64,000 nucleotides of DNA from a virus (IMGVR_UViG_3300027808_002535:1-64000); one strand, 5' to 3'; shown: positions 17,099 through 27,395, counted from the stretch's first letter. Made by a program: numbers and translations. Notes: generated by a model from the letters alone, not told the origin.

Positions 17099-19740
17099 GT
17101 TATGTTGACGCAGTTTATGTAAAAGATAAAGACCTTATCAATGTTGTAGAACGAGTTGACGGAGTAAGGAAGTATAAAAGTTTCCCAGCACATTACTTGT
17201 TTTACTATCAAGATAATAAAGGTCAATACACAGGCATTGATGGTAAGAGACTGACCAAGGTTGCTGTAAATAGTAACAAGGCCTTTGATAAAGAAAAACG
17301 CATTTATAGTCACAAGCAACTTTATGAAAGTGATATCAAACCCGTCAATCGTTGTTTGGAAACAAACTATCTAAACAGTGATGCACCAAAAGTCAACAAG
17401 GCATTCTTCGACATCGAAGTTGCTTATAATAAGATTAAGGGCTTTGCCGATCCCAGCGATCCTTTTAATCCTATTACTGCTATCTCTGTACACTGTGGCT
17501 GGTTGGATAAATTAATCACATTGGCGATCAAGCCAGACAAAATGGCACAGGATCAAGCCGAAGCAATCGTTGCTAGATTTGATGACACTATTCTTTGTAG
17601 CACTGAAGAAGAAATGTTAGACATGTTCTTAAGTCTGATTGAAGACGCTGACATTGTCAGTGGTTGGAATAGTGGCGGATATGACATTCCTTACACAGTG
17701 AATCGTGTTATCAAACTAATGGGCTCTGATCATAGTCGTAGATTTTGTCTATGGAATGCCAAACCTAAAAAGCGTGAATATGAACGCTATGGCAAAATCA
17801 GTGCTACATACGATCTCATTGGTCGTGTTCATTTAGATTATCTTGACTTATATCGTAAGTTTACATATCATGAACTTCACACATATCGTCTAGACTACGT
17901 TGGTGAGATTGAACTGGGTGAAAATAAAATTCAGTATGAAGGTACACTGGATCAACTGTATAACAATGACTTTGAAAAGTTCATTGCTTATAATAGACAA
18001 GATACTATGTTGTTGTACAAGATGGATGCCAAACTACAATACATTGACTTAGTTAATGTATTGGCACATGCAAATACTGTTACGTTTCTTACAACAATGG
18101 GTGCGGTTGCTATGACTGACCAAGCTATTATCAATGAAGCTCATGGCCGAGGTGTAATGGTCATGGATCGTAAACGTGGCGATGGAATTGAAACACAGGC
18201 GGCAGGTGCTTATGTTGCTTATCCAGAGAAAGGCGTTCATGATTGGATTGGCAGTATGGACTTGAACAGTCTGTATCCTTCCCTAATCCGTGCGCTTAAC
18301 ATGAGTCCAGAAACTATTGTTGGACAAGTACGTCAACAACAAACTAAACCAGAAATTAAAGCATGGCTAGACAGTGGCAACAGCTTTGCTGACTATTGGG
18401 ACGGCAAGTTTGCTGTTCACGAGTACAATGAAATTGCCGCCAAGAACAAAGGCTATAACATTGTCATCGACTGGGAGAATGGTACTAGCACAGAACTTAG
18501 TGCGGCAGAAGCATATGACTTAATTTATCTACAAGGCAAGCCCTGGATGTTAACTGCCAATGGCACAATCTTCACTTATGAGAACCAAGGCGTTATTCCT
18601 GGCTTGCTGACTCGCTGGTATGCCGAACGTAAAGAGCTACAAGCCAAAGCCAAAGAAGCATATGGCACTGACATGTTTGAGTACTGGGACAAGCGACAGT
18701 TAGTTAAGAAAATTAATTTGAACTCGTTGTATGGCGCTTTGCTCAATGCTGGTAGTAGGTTCTTTGATCTTCGCCTTGGTCAAAGTACAACGCTATTGGG
18801 TCGTAGTGTTGCTCGTCATATGGCAGCACAAGTTAATAATGTGTTCACAGGTGAGTATGATCACAAAGGTAAAACTATTATCTATGGTGACACTGACAGT
18901 TGTTACTTTAGTGCTTATCCGGTTTACAAAGGACAGATTGACCGAGGTGAAGTAGATTGGACTCGCGATAAAATCATCGAGCTCTATGATATGGTTGCTG
19001 ATGAAGTTAATGCTACCTTCCCATTGTTTATGAATACAGCATTTAACTGTCCAACTAATTTGGGTGAGATTATTAAAGCTGGTCGAGAAGTAGTTGCCAG
19101 TAAAGGCTTGTTTATTACTAAAAAGCGTTATGCTGTTCTTATCTACGACAAAGAAGGTAAACGTAAAGACATTGATGGAAGTCTTGGTGAGATCAAGGCC
19201 ATGGGTCTTGATTTGAAGCGAGCAGATACTCCAGAGTTCATGCAACGTTTCTTGGAAAAGATTTTACTAATGGTTCTTAATGGTCAGGACAAGCAAGACG
19301 TTATTGATGCCATCAATGAATTTAGAACGGCATTTAAAGAGCGACCAGGTTGGGAGAAAGGTACTCCTAAGCGTGTTAACAACTTGACCAAACATACTGA
19401 AGTCTTTGAGAAGACTGGCAAGTGCGGAGTTGGACATGCTATGGCGGCTATCAATTGGAATAGGTTTAAGAAAGCACACGGTGACCAAGCAAGTTTGGAT
19501 GTTACGGATGGTATGAAAGTTATTGTCTGTAAACTAAAATCCAATCCAATGGGTATCACAAGTATTGCACATCCAATTGACGAAATGAGATTGCCAGAAT
19601 GGTTCAAGGACATGCCTTTTGACCATGGTGCGATGGAAGAAACAATCATCAACAATAAAGTAGAAAACTTAATTGGTGTTCTTGATTGGGATATTCGAGC
19701 AAGTGATCAAACAAACACCTTTGAAAGTTTGTTTGCGTAA
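17095..19740 (+). CDS. gp43: Family B DNA polymerase (T4 gp43-like) with 3'-5' exonuclease
   Basis: ExoI FDIE, ExoII GWNSGGYDIPY, ExoIII YNRQD, DLNSLYPS, KINLNSLYG, YGDTDS, KKRY. Confidence 0.97.
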   Translation: MSYVDAVYVKDKDLINVVERVDGVRKYKSFPAHYLFYYQDNKGQYTGIDGKRLTKVAVNSNKAFDKEKRIYSHKQLYESDIKPVNRCLETNYLNSDAPKVNKAFFDIEVAYNKIKGFADPSDPFNPITAISVHCGWLDKLITLAIKPDKMAQDQAEAIVARFDDTILCSTEEEMLDMFLSLIEDADIVSGWNSGGYDIPYTVNRVIKLMGSDHSRRFCLWNAKPKKREYERYGKISATYDLIGRVHLDYLDLYRKFTYHELHTYRLDYVGEIELGENKIQYEGTLDQLYNNDFEKFIAYNRQDTMLLYKMDAKLQYIDLVNVLAHANTVTFLTTMGAVAMTDQAIINEAHGRGVMVMDRKRGDGIETQAAGAYVAYPEKGVHDWIGSMDLNSLYPSLIRALNMSPETIVGQVRQQQTKPEIKAWLDSGNSFADYWDGKFAVHEYNEIAAKNKGYNIVIDWENGTSTELSAAEAYDLIYLQGKPWMLTANGTIFTYENQGVIPGLLTRWYAERKELQAKAKEAYGTDMFEYWDKRQLVKKINLNSLYGALLNAGSRFFDLRLGQSTTLLGRSVARHMAAQVNNVFTGEYDHKGKTIIYGDTDSCYFSAYPVYKGQIDRGEVDWTRDKIIELYDMVADEVNATFPLFMNTAFNCPTNLGEIIKAGREVVASKGLFITKKRYAVLIYDKEGKRKDIDGSLGEIKAMGLDLKRADTPEFMQRFLEKILLMVLNGQDKQDVIDAINEFRTAFKERPGWEKGTPKRVNNLTKHTEVFEKTGKCGVGHAMAAINWNRFKKAHGDQASLDVTDGMKVIVCKLKSNPMGITSIAHPIDEMRLPEWFKDMPFDHGAMEETIINNKVENLIGVLDWDIRASDQTNTFESLFA

Positions 19741-19753
19741 CTAAATAGAATAC

Positions 19754-19830
19754 ACGATATGCTTGGTGCATGTCGTATCAAAGGTCAACTTAATCATGTT
19801 TTGGTAACATGGATAGTTATAACAGTTGAC
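19754..19830 (+). other. Structured intergenic element: two hairpins with identical TTGGT loops
   Basis: ACGATATGC-TTGGT-GCATGTCGT and CATGTT-TTGGT-AACATG, the latter enclosed by GTCAACT...AGTTGAC. Confidence 0.55.
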
Positions 19831-19860
19831 ATACTAACCTAAATACGCTATACTAGCGTA
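19826..19860 (+). promoter_or_regulatory. Sigma70 promoter with embedded TAAATA and a palindrome over the -10 box
   Basis: TTGACA-N17-TATACT; TAAATA at 19840; TACGCTA-TAC-TAGCGTA at 19844-19860. Confidence 0.7.
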
Positions 19861-19872
19861 TAGGAGAAAATA

Positions 19873-20610
19873 ATGAAAGACGCAATTTTTGATATCGTGC
19901 GACACACAGCCAGCCTCGGCTTTTTTGACTTGGCAAAGATCACAGGCACTGATACTAGCACAGAAATATGGACCTGTGACGAAAAACGCAACGTGGTCCT
20001 AGAAGCTGAATTAAAGAATCCAGTGGCACCGTTAATCGGTGAAGTTGGTTTAGGTAACTTGAGTTTCTTAAATGGTCTCACTGGACTTTACAATAAAGAA
20101 GGCGTTGAAGTCGAAGTATCTACAGTAAGTAAAAATGGTGCAGATGTTCCAGATTACTTTATCTTTAAAGATGCTGATGGCAACAATGACAAGTATCGTT
20201 TAATGAGTAAAGAGATCATTGACACACAACTGCAACAAAGCAAGTTTAAAGGTGTTAAGTGGGATATTAGCTTTGAACCTAAGAAAAGTAAAGTAAGTGA
20301 AATGGCACAGAAGGCAGGCATCTATTCTGCACTAGAGCCAACGTTTACAGTAAAGACAGAGAACAACGAACTTGTTCTTATCTTTGGTAGCGACACAGGC
20401 GGCAGTCACTTTGGACGTATGACCTTTGCTGCCAATGTAACAGGCACAATGAAAGAAGGCTACGCTTGGCCCATTGACAAGTTTTTGAGTATTCTTAAAC
20501 TTGGCATGAGCGGCGAATGTAAAGTACAATTCTGTCAAGTGGCTTGTATGATTACCATCGACAGCGGCACTGGTGTTTATAACTACATCTTGCCAGGTCA
20601 TACTCGTTAA
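19873..20610 (+). CDS. Putative sliding clamp (gp45/PCNA-like)
   Basis: 245 aa, two-domain beta-rich pattern ending in YNYILP, directly after the polymerase; inferred from size, pattern and context. Confidence 0.55.
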   Translation: MKDAIFDIVRHTASLGFFDLAKITGTDTSTEIWTCDEKRNVVLEAELKNPVAPLIGEVGLGNLSFLNGLTGLYNKEGVEVEVSTVSKNGADVPDYFIFKDADGNNDKYRLMSKEIIDTQLQQSKFKGVKWDISFEPKKSKVSEMAQKAGIYSALEPTFTVKTENNELVLIFGSDTGGSHFGRMTFAANVTGTMKEGYAWPIDKFLSILKLGMSGECKVQFCQVACMITIDSGTGVYNYILPGHTR

Positions 20611-20619
20611 GGAAATAAT

Positions 20620-20847
20620 ATGACAACAAAAAAATTAACTCCGGTTAAACCAGAAGCATCAGAACCTGATTCAATTCAAGCGGCAATGTTATTGGAACTG
20701 CAAAAGCACACAGAATACATGCATCGCATGGATTGGAAACTATGGATGATTATGAATATGTTTCGCACTATTGGCGAAGAAAACGGTTATACATTCAGCG
20801 TTGTACATAGAGATGAAGACGACATAGATCCAAGTCGAGAAAGATAA
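20620..20847 (+). CDS. Hypothetical protein (DWKLW motif)
   Basis: ORF with SD AAGGA. Confidence 0.65.
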   Translation: MTTKKLTPVKPEASEPDSIQAAMLLELQKHTEYMHRMDWKLWMIMNMFRTIGEENGYTFSVVHRDEDDIDPSRER

Positions 20848-20848
20848 T

Positions 20849-21148
20849 ATGACAGATAATCAATCAGAAAAAATTGTATCTCTTCTTGAAAATATAGAAA
20901 AACATCTTCAAGCAATTGATTGGAAATTTTGGGATTTGCATCAACAGTTACAGTTCAATAAAGAGAAAACAAATCCCGACATGGAAAATACTGAAAAACC
21001 CATTGAAGAAGTAATTATCAACGATGAGCTAGAAAGTCTTGCAGAAATAGTCAGTGCTCCAGCTACTGCTACTGCTACTACTCCTGAGCCTGAAAGACCT
21101 GTTGTAAAGCACACGCTGAAGTATCCAAGCATCGAGGTTCTGAAATGA
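20849..21148 (+). CDS. Hypothetical protein (DWKFW motif), possible paralogue of the preceding gene
   Basis: Tightly packed ORF sharing L..I/L.KH....DWK.W. Confidence 0.65.
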   Translation: MTDNQSEKIVSLLENIEKHLQAIDWKFWDLHQQLQFNKEKTNPDMENTEKPIEEVIINDELESLAEIVSAPATATATTPEPERPVVKHTLKYPSIEVLK

Positions 21149-21519
21149 AAAAAATGATCTGGGTTACCTTTCGTAAGGAAGGCATACACAAGTATCCAGC
21201 GGCTCTAACTGATCCTAACTTGGCTACAGGAGATGAATATGATGTTAGCTTTCTTGGCTATCCTCACAGACACATGTTTCATTTCAAAGTAGCCATTGAA
21301 GTGTTTCATGATGATCGTGACATTGAATTTATTCAATTCAAACGCTGGTTGGAAAATCTTTATAAAGGTGCTATACTAGCATTAGACTTTAAAAGTTGCG
21401 AGATGATCGCAGAGGATTTATACACACAAATTAATGCTCGCTATCCCGGTAGAGCAGTGACAATAGAAGTAAGTGAGGACGGTGAAAATGGATGCCACAT
21501 TCAATTTGAACAGAAGTAA
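21145..21519 (+). CDS. QueD-like 6-carboxytetrahydropterin synthase (T-fold)
   Basis: IHKY..PHRHMFH His cluster, IEF, SCEMIA, EVSEDGEN; lies in a folE/queE context. Confidence 0.7.
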   Translation: MKKMIWVTFRKEGIHKYPAALTDPNLATGDEYDVSFLGYPHRHMFHFKVAIEVFHDDRDIEFIQFKRWLENLYKGAILALDFKSCEMIAEDLYTQINARYPGRAVTIEVSEDGENGCHIQFEQK

Positions 21520-21529
21520 GGTGAGAACA

Positions 21530-21889
21530 GTGCATAACAACAATAATTCTTATGTAAGTCGTGCAATGATTAATATCAACGATATCAAATATGATTTGTT
21601 GAAAATTAGTGAGATGTACGATGGAGTGTTACAAGATGGTCTTGGACACATGGCCGCAGACATGTTCTGCAAATATCTACAAGACATGTGCGACCAGAGA
21701 TGGATGCATAGTTTTGAAATCACAGAAATTGTGTTGAAAGAGCACAGTTATACATACGACATTAATATACAAATTACTAATGATCGTACCCCAAAGAAAT
21801 TAAAGATCCATGTGGGACTTTATAAGAGTGCTTGGACTAGCTTTGCCAGTACAATGAAAAGTACTGACACCGGCTATGTGCCAATTTAA
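21530..21889 (+). CDS. Hypothetical protein
   Basis: ORF with GTG start after AAGGTGAG; start uncertain. Confidence 0.55.
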   Translation: MHNNNNSYVSRAMININDIKYDLLKISEMYDGVLQDGLGHMAADMFCKYLQDMCDQRWMHSFEITEIVLKEHSYTYDINIQITNDRTPKKLKIHVGLYKSAWTSFASTMKSTDTGYVPI

Positions 21890-21930
21890 GTTTAACGACC
21901 TAAATAGTGTCTCCAACCTAGGAGAATTAT

Positions 21931-23469
21931 ATGTTAAGTAAAAAAAGTACAGTAGATTTAAAAACACGCAATAAAGACTATGCAGTCTTTTTGCCGAGTA
22001 TCAGCGGTTTTTATCAAACTTTTATCAGCAAGCAACAAAAAGAAGAATTCGTTCCTTTGAATAGAATTCCAAAAGAGTTTGAAAACGGCATTGAGGGTAT
22101 GAACTTCCTTAACAAGGAACAGGCATACTTTTACTACCCCGATGCGCTGTATTCTGCGGGTCATGCACAGTTGGATGTAACAAAGAGTTATGTCGAAGAA
22201 TCCATGGTTCAACAACGTGATAAAACTAATCCTGATAGTTTTATTCTTGGCGATTCTGGCGGATTCCAGATTGGTAAAGGCGTTATCAATTTTGACTGGC
22301 AGCACTTCTGGGAAAAGCAGGGCGATGCAGGTTATGTAGGAGCCGCGGATAAAACTCGTATGGCAATTCTTAACTGGCTAGAGTTCACTGCTGATTATAG
22401 CATGGTACTTGACTTGCCTACTTGGAGTGCCGCACCTATTAACCAAGCACGTACAGGTCTTAAAGACTTTGGCGATTGTCTACGTGGAACATTGTTTAAC
22501 AATGATTTCTTCTTAAAACATCGTCAAGGTAAAACTAAGTTCCTAAACGTTCTTCAAGGTGGTACCAACGAAGACGCTGATACTTGGTATGAAGCTGTAA
22601 AGCATTATCCATTTGAAGGCTGGGCTATGGGTGGCAATAACATGAAGGACGCAGACTTGATGTTACGACGACTTATTAAACTACGTGATGAAAAGTTATT
22701 AGAACCCGGTCGCGATGTTATTCACTTCTTAGGTACTAGTAAACTTGAACTGGCTTGTTTATTAACTGCTGTACAACGTAACCTGCGTGAACACGTTAAT
22801 CCTAATATGAAGATTACGTTTGACTGTGCAAGTCCGTTTCTAGCCACTGCTTATGGACAGGCTTACACACAGCACGTTCATCGTAATAATCGTTTTAGTT
22901 ACATTATGGATAAGGCCATTGATGATAGACGTCTTGCTGGCAGTGATATACCTTGGCCTTGGGGCAGTCCAGTAGGCGAACGCATGACCATGGGCGATGC
23001 TTGTTATTACAAGTCAGGCGACTTAAATAAAAATGGTAAGTTAAGTAGAACATCGTGGGATAGTTTTGCTTACTTCTTAATGATGGGTCATAATGTATAT
23101 CAGCACATTGAGTCTGTTCAACGTGCCAATGCGTTAAATGATACTGCTTGTATGTTACATAAACCAGATCCCGGACATTGGCATCCTACTAAAGGTACTA
23201 ACGGTGAACTTAGTAATTGGGTTCCACGCAATGTTATCTATATCACAGAGTTGGTTAATCGTGTGTTTACCAGTGAAACACCTTTTACTGAACTTGACAA
23301 GGCTGCTAAATTACTTGCTGACTTTAACGGCAAGAAGACTCTTAAGACTAGTGCCAGTGCTCATAACATTTTGTTTGCTGCCGAAGACAAAGGCAGTGAC
23401 AATGATGCGGAAGGCGCTGAAGATTGGGATGAGGAAGAAGCTGAAAACATTTTAAAAGAAGCACAATGA
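21931..23469 (+). CDS. tRNA-guanine transglycosylase / DpdA-like base-exchange enzyme
   Basis: LGDSGGFQ catalytic motif, MVLD, NVLQG, GWAMGG, IHFLG, TFDCAS; context of queD/folE/queE. Confidence 0.8.
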   Translation: MLSKKSTVDLKTRNKDYAVFLPSISGFYQTFISKQQKEEFVPLNRIPKEFENGIEGMNFLNKEQAYFYYPDALYSAGHAQLDVTKSYVEESMVQQRDKTNPDSFILGDSGGFQIGKGVINFDWQHFWEKQGDAGYVGAADKTRMAILNWLEFTADYSMVLDLPTWSAAPINQARTGLKDFGDCLRGTLFNNDFFLKHRQGKTKFLNVLQGGTNEDADTWYEAVKHYPFEGWAMGGNNMKDADLMLRRLIKLRDEKLLEPGRDVIHFLGTSKLELACLLTAVQRNLREHVNPNMKITFDCASPFLATAYGQAYTQHVHRNNRFSYIMDKAIDDRRLAGSDIPWPWGSPVGERMTMGDACYYKSGDLNKNGKLSRTSWDSFAYFLMMGHNVYQHIESVQRANALNDTACMLHKPDPGHWHPTKGTNGELSNWVPRNVIYITELVNRVFTSETPFTELDKAAKLLADFNGKKTLKTSASAHNILFAAEDKGSDNDAEGAEDWDEEEAENILKEAQ

Positions 23470-24353
23470 AAAAAGCTCTTATAATTGGCTTAGGTTTCGG
23501 CCAGGCTGTTTATCTGCCTGTGCTAACTCAACTTGGTTATGAAGTAATTACTGTTGACATGGATACATCTAAAGGCGCTGATTTTTCAGACATTGAAGAT
23601 GCTATTCGTGTTCACAGTAAATTTGATACCGTGAACATATGTACTCCAAACTTTACGCATATCAAATTAGCAAGAAAAGTTGCCGCATTAAGTAAAATAG
23701 TATTTGTTGAAAAGCCAGGTGTTGTTAATAGCGAAGCATGGCGATGGCTTTGTGCTGATTATCCCGGGACTCGTTTTATGATGGTTAAGAATAATCAATA
23801 TCGTGATACTATTACACAGTTTAAAACACTTGCAGATCAAAGTCATACTGTTAGGGTTGTTTGGAATAATAAAAATCGTATTCCAAATCCAGGTAGTTGG
23901 TTCACTACAAAGGAACTGGCCTTTGGTGGTGTTAGTCGAGATTTGATACCTCATATGTTAAGTTACTATGTGGCATTAACAGACTACACAAAAGGTAATA
24001 AACTATATGGTAACGCAATACAAAGACATGAACTCAAAGATCTTATTGATACTGATTATGGTAGCGTCAATCATGACGGCACTTACAATGTCGACGACTT
24101 CTGTGAATTTGAATTCAAAAACGGAGATACTACTTGGATATTAACTGCCAATTGGAAAGATGACAAAGCTGATGATGTTTATATTAGTTTTGACATGAAG
24201 AATTCTGCGGTTAGACATAAGTTAGGATTATGTCCAGAATCTGCATATAAGGCTATGATAGAAAACGCTGTTACAAACCTAAATAATGATATGTTCTGGA
24301 AAGAGCAATTACAACAGGATCTTTGGATTCACAGACAAATAGAAAACTTATGA
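23466..24353 (+). CDS. Gfo/Idh/MocA-family NAD(P) oxidoreductase
   Basis: IIGLGFG, ICTPNFTH, VFVEKP, GGVSRDLIPH. Confidence 0.88.
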   Translation: MKKALIIGLGFGQAVYLPVLTQLGYEVITVDMDTSKGADFSDIEDAIRVHSKFDTVNICTPNFTHIKLARKVAALSKIVFVEKPGVVNSEAWRWLCADYPGTRFMMVKNNQYRDTITQFKTLADQSHTVRVVWNNKNRIPNPGSWFTTKELAFGGVSRDLIPHMLSYYVALTDYTKGNKLYGNAIQRHELKDLIDTDYGSVNHDGTYNVDDFCEFEFKNGDTTWILTANWKDDKADDVYISFDMKNSAVRHKLGLCPESAYKAMIENAVTNLNNDMFWKEQLQQDLWIHRQIENL

Positions 24354-25255
24354 CACGCATACTACAAACAACTGGCACTGGCAATTTTATAGAAACTACT
24401 TGGATTAATCCAAAATGTGATGACAATGAAATTACTGTACAAAGTATTATGACAGGCATATGTCGCAGTGACATCGATATGATGGCGGGCAACTTTGGTC
24501 CTTTTCCTATTAGTATGCAGGGACACGAAGGCTTGGGTCGAGTAATTAAAGTAGGTAAAAACATCGAAGACACGGTCATCGGTGACTATGTTGCTACTAG
24601 GGGCGAACCAGCATATGCAGATAGATATAATGTTCGTAGTCGAGAATATGTAGTTGTTCCAGAAGCACTGCCAAAATATATATTAGAACCAGTTGCCTGC
24701 GGAATCAATATTATCCAGCAGCCTATTAGAGAAATTGCAGAACGTGCTGGATCAAGTAAACGTTTACTGATACTGGGCAGTGGTTTCCTTGCGTGGGTTG
24801 CTTTTAATGTTATTCTTATTCATCATTTAGATTTTGAAATTACAGTAGTGGGTAATAGCAATAAAGACTTGTGGGGAGAAGTTTTACATCAAGAATATCA
24901 AGGCACATTTGATGTGGTCATTGACTTGAGTAGTAGTAAAGATATTTTTGAGAAACCTATTCTAAATAATGAAGCACTAGTAATATTTGGAAGTCAAAAA
25001 CAAGTTAGCACAGACTTCAGCAATCTACTTTGGAAAGCCTGTACTATGATATTTCCTAGTCCAAGAACAGATGGCTTTTATCACTGTATGAAAGATGCGG
25101 CTTACTGGATTGAACAAGGTGATATTATAGTTGACAGTTTCTGGACAAAAGCGTATAATAGAGACACTGAATGGCAACAAGCATTTGCTGACGGCCTCGA
25201 CCGTCCTGCTGGTTATAGCAGAGGATACATTTATTGGAATGAAAATGGCAATTGA
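24350..25255 (+). CDS. Zn-dependent medium-chain (alcohol/polyol) dehydrogenase
   Basis: GICRSD, GHEGLG..VG, LEPVAC, ILGSGFL. Confidence 0.88.
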   Translation: MTRILQTTGTGNFIETTWINPKCDDNEITVQSIMTGICRSDIDMMAGNFGPFPISMQGHEGLGRVIKVGKNIEDTVIGDYVATRGEPAYADRYNVRSREYVVVPEALPKYILEPVACGINIIQQPIREIAERAGSSKRLLILGSGFLAWVAFNVILIHHLDFEITVVGNSNKDLWGEVLHQEYQGTFDVVIDLSSSKDIFEKPILNNEALVIFGSQKQVSTDFSNLLWKACTMIFPSPRTDGFYHCMKDAAYWIEQGDIIVDSFWTKAYNRDTEWQQAFADGLDRPAGYSRGYIYWNENGN

Positions 25256-25754
25256 TACAATGGGCCGTAAGGCCACAACTTATTTTATTGGTACAGAAGT
25301 AGAACGTACTGCAATGTATGGCGAACGTACATTGTTTGTAGTGGGAGTTCAGCCTGTGGATAAAATTGTTAGTCTACTTAATGAACATAGTCTGCGTCAT
25401 GTTTATCTTGGTACAAGTCAAAGTTTTACTCCTGCAGACTACGATGACTGGAAAGCATGGGATAAGATGATCATCGAATTGTTAGAGGCAGGTTACTGGG
25501 TAACACTTGACTTCGGAGTAGAATATGCTGATACATTCAACGAAGAAGGGTGGAGTGAGTATAATACGTTTATTCCGATGATCAGTGTTAAACTTCCGTA
25601 TATTAAATTATATAACTACAATGCCACGCTAAAGATTGATGATACTACATGGGGTCATAGTAACCCAGGCGTATGGTGTCATAGTCTACATGACTTGATG
25701 GATCGTCGAGTTTACACAGACTGGAAAGATTATGTCGGAGACGAAAATGTCTAA
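25245..25754 (+). CDS. Hypothetical protein
   Basis: Overlapped ORF in operon; F.G.EVE and NPGVWCH motifs. Confidence 0.65.
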   Translation: MAIDTMGRKATTYFIGTEVERTAMYGERTLFVVGVQPVDKIVSLLNEHSLRHVYLGTSQSFTPADYDDWKAWDKMIIELLEAGYWVTLDFGVEYADTFNEEGWSEYNTFIPMISVKLPYIKLYNYNATLKIDDTTWGHSNPGVWCHSLHDLMDRRVYTDWKDYVGDENV

Positions 25755-26847
25755 AATATTTTTAGTTGATTTAGAAGCAGTTAGCACCCGCTATACTGGA
25801 CAGTGGAAAGATCACGTTCCGCAATTACTTAAAGAGGCAGGACACGATGTTCAAGTTATCTCTGGCCCTACGGATATTCCTGGTGCCACTACTCCTGGTG
25901 CTTTCCTTAATTTTGGTGGTACCAATATTTATAAGTCTGCACAAGTGGAGCAGATGGGCCGTTTATTTTGTGACGGAGCAGTTCATGCAGGCGATCACTT
26001 TATCTTTACTGATGCTTGGCATCCAGGTATTATAAATTTAAAATATATGAGTGAGTTGCTGGGCATTCCAGTAGTCACACACGGACTATGGCACGCCGGT
26101 AGTTATGATCCGCAAGACTTTTTAGGACGTTTAGTTGGTAATAAGCCTTGGGTACGTAATGCAGAGAAATCATTCTTTTCAGCGTTTGATCACAATTATT
26201 TTGCCACAGACTTTCATATAGAAATGTTTAATAGAGAACTATTGAACAACGGGCATACTGTAGAAAATCCATGGTATGAAGAAGAACTAGACGAAATCCT
26301 AAGCGGAGAGTATTCTAAGTTTGTACGTACAGGTTGGCCCATGGAGTATATGGAAGATACACTCGCTCCATTCAAAGGTATGACCAAACGTGATCTTATT
26401 TTGTTTCCACATCGTATCGCTCCTGAGAAACAAGTTGAAATCTTTCGTGATTTAAAAACACATTTGCCACAATATGAATTTGTAGTATGTCAAGATAAGC
26501 AACTTACTAAAGATGAATATCACACATTGTTAGGCCAAGCCAAGATGGTATTCAGTGCTAACTTGCAGGAAACATTGGGTATCAGTTGTTATGAAGGTGC
26601 AGTAGTAAACGCAATCCCCATGGTGCCAGATAGACTTAGTTATACAGAAATGTATTACGACACATTTAAGTATCCAAGTGAATGGACTGAGAGTTTCGAA
26701 TCATATGACAAACATCGACCTAATTTATGTTTTGCAATTATGCAACATATGGATCATTATGAACATCGTTTACCGCAACTCCAACAGCAAACAGAAGACC
26801 TGACCAAGTATTTTTTTAGTGCAGATATTTTGTTAAAAAATTTATAA
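25747..26847 (+). CDS. GT-B fold glycosyltransferase (GT4-like)
   Basis: FPHRIAPEKQ, QETLGIS.YEG, PMVPDRLSYTE motifs. Confidence 0.8.
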   Translation: MSKIFLVDLEAVSTRYTGQWKDHVPQLLKEAGHDVQVISGPTDIPGATTPGAFLNFGGTNIYKSAQVEQMGRLFCDGAVHAGDHFIFTDAWHPGIINLKYMSELLGIPVVTHGLWHAGSYDPQDFLGRLVGNKPWVRNAEKSFFSAFDHNYFATDFHIEMFNRELLNNGHTVENPWYEEELDEILSGEYSKFVRTGWPMEYMEDTLAPFKGMTKRDLILFPHRIAPEKQVEIFRDLKTHLPQYEFVVCQDKQLTKDEYHTLLGQAKMVFSANLQETLGISCYEGAVVNAIPMVPDRLSYTEMYYDTFKYPSEWTESFESYDKHRPNLCFAIMQHMDHYEHRLPQLQQQTEDLTKYFFSADILLKNL

Positions 26848-26852
26848 TGTTT
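26796..26852 (+). repeat. Direct repeat copy 1 (glycosyltransferase 3' end plus desaturase start)
   Basis: AGACCTGACCAAGTATTTTTTTAGTGCAGATATTTTGTTAAAAAATTTATAATGTTT. Confidence 0.8.
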
Positions 26853-27287
26853 GTTATTTATTTTTTACTCTGGACATTAGTATTATATTGGATACACCGT
26901 GTTGCTCACGTTTTTCCATATCTAAAAGATATTCATAAAGAACATCATAGATATGTTATAAGGAATAAAGGATCCGGAATAGCATTAAGACATTTATTGT
27001 TAATCCATAAATCTAAAGATTACACTATAGATTTATGGATTACTGAGGTCGTACCTACTATCCTGTTTTCATTAGTAACAGGACAAGTATGGATATTAAT
27101 TGTTTATTATATTTGGGCGGCACTGTTTCAAACATCAGTAAAATATGATGTAAATTTTGATATTTTTCCTATCACATGGGGAGCCTGGACGTTGCTTCAT
27201 TATAGACATAATTCAAATAATTTCGGAAGCATATTTACTATATGGGATAGACTTTTTAAAACTAATAAAGGTATAAATCAACTGTGA
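26847..27287 (+). CDS. Sterol desaturase/fatty-acid hydroxylase-like membrane protein with partly degenerate His boxes
   Basis: YWIHRVAH, HKEHH, LHYRH, NFG..FTIWDRLF. Confidence 0.75.
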   Translation: MFVIYFLLWTLVLYWIHRVAHVFPYLKDIHKEHHRYVIRNKGSGIALRHLLLIHKSKDYTIDLWITEVVPTILFSLVTGQVWILIVYYIWAALFQTSVKYDVNFDIFPITWGAWTLLHYRHNSNNFGSIFTIWDRLFKTNKGINQL

Positions 27288-27340
27288 TTAAAATACAAAA
27301 TTATAAGTCGAGTCCAGGATGTATCAAAATGGTTCTAGAT

Positions 27341-27395
27341 AGACATGACCAAGTATTTCTAGTGCAGATATTTTGTTAAATAATATATAATGTTT
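27341..27395 (+). repeat. Direct repeat copy 2
   Basis: AGACATGACCAAGTATTTCTAGTGCAGATATTTTGTTAAATAATATATAATGTTT. Confidence 0.8.

Noticed and set aside
17095-19740. Intein or intron in the DNA polymerase
   Set aside because: Continuous 881 aa ORF with all motifs in order; no intein C/S...HN junctions or homing-endonuclease motifs seen.
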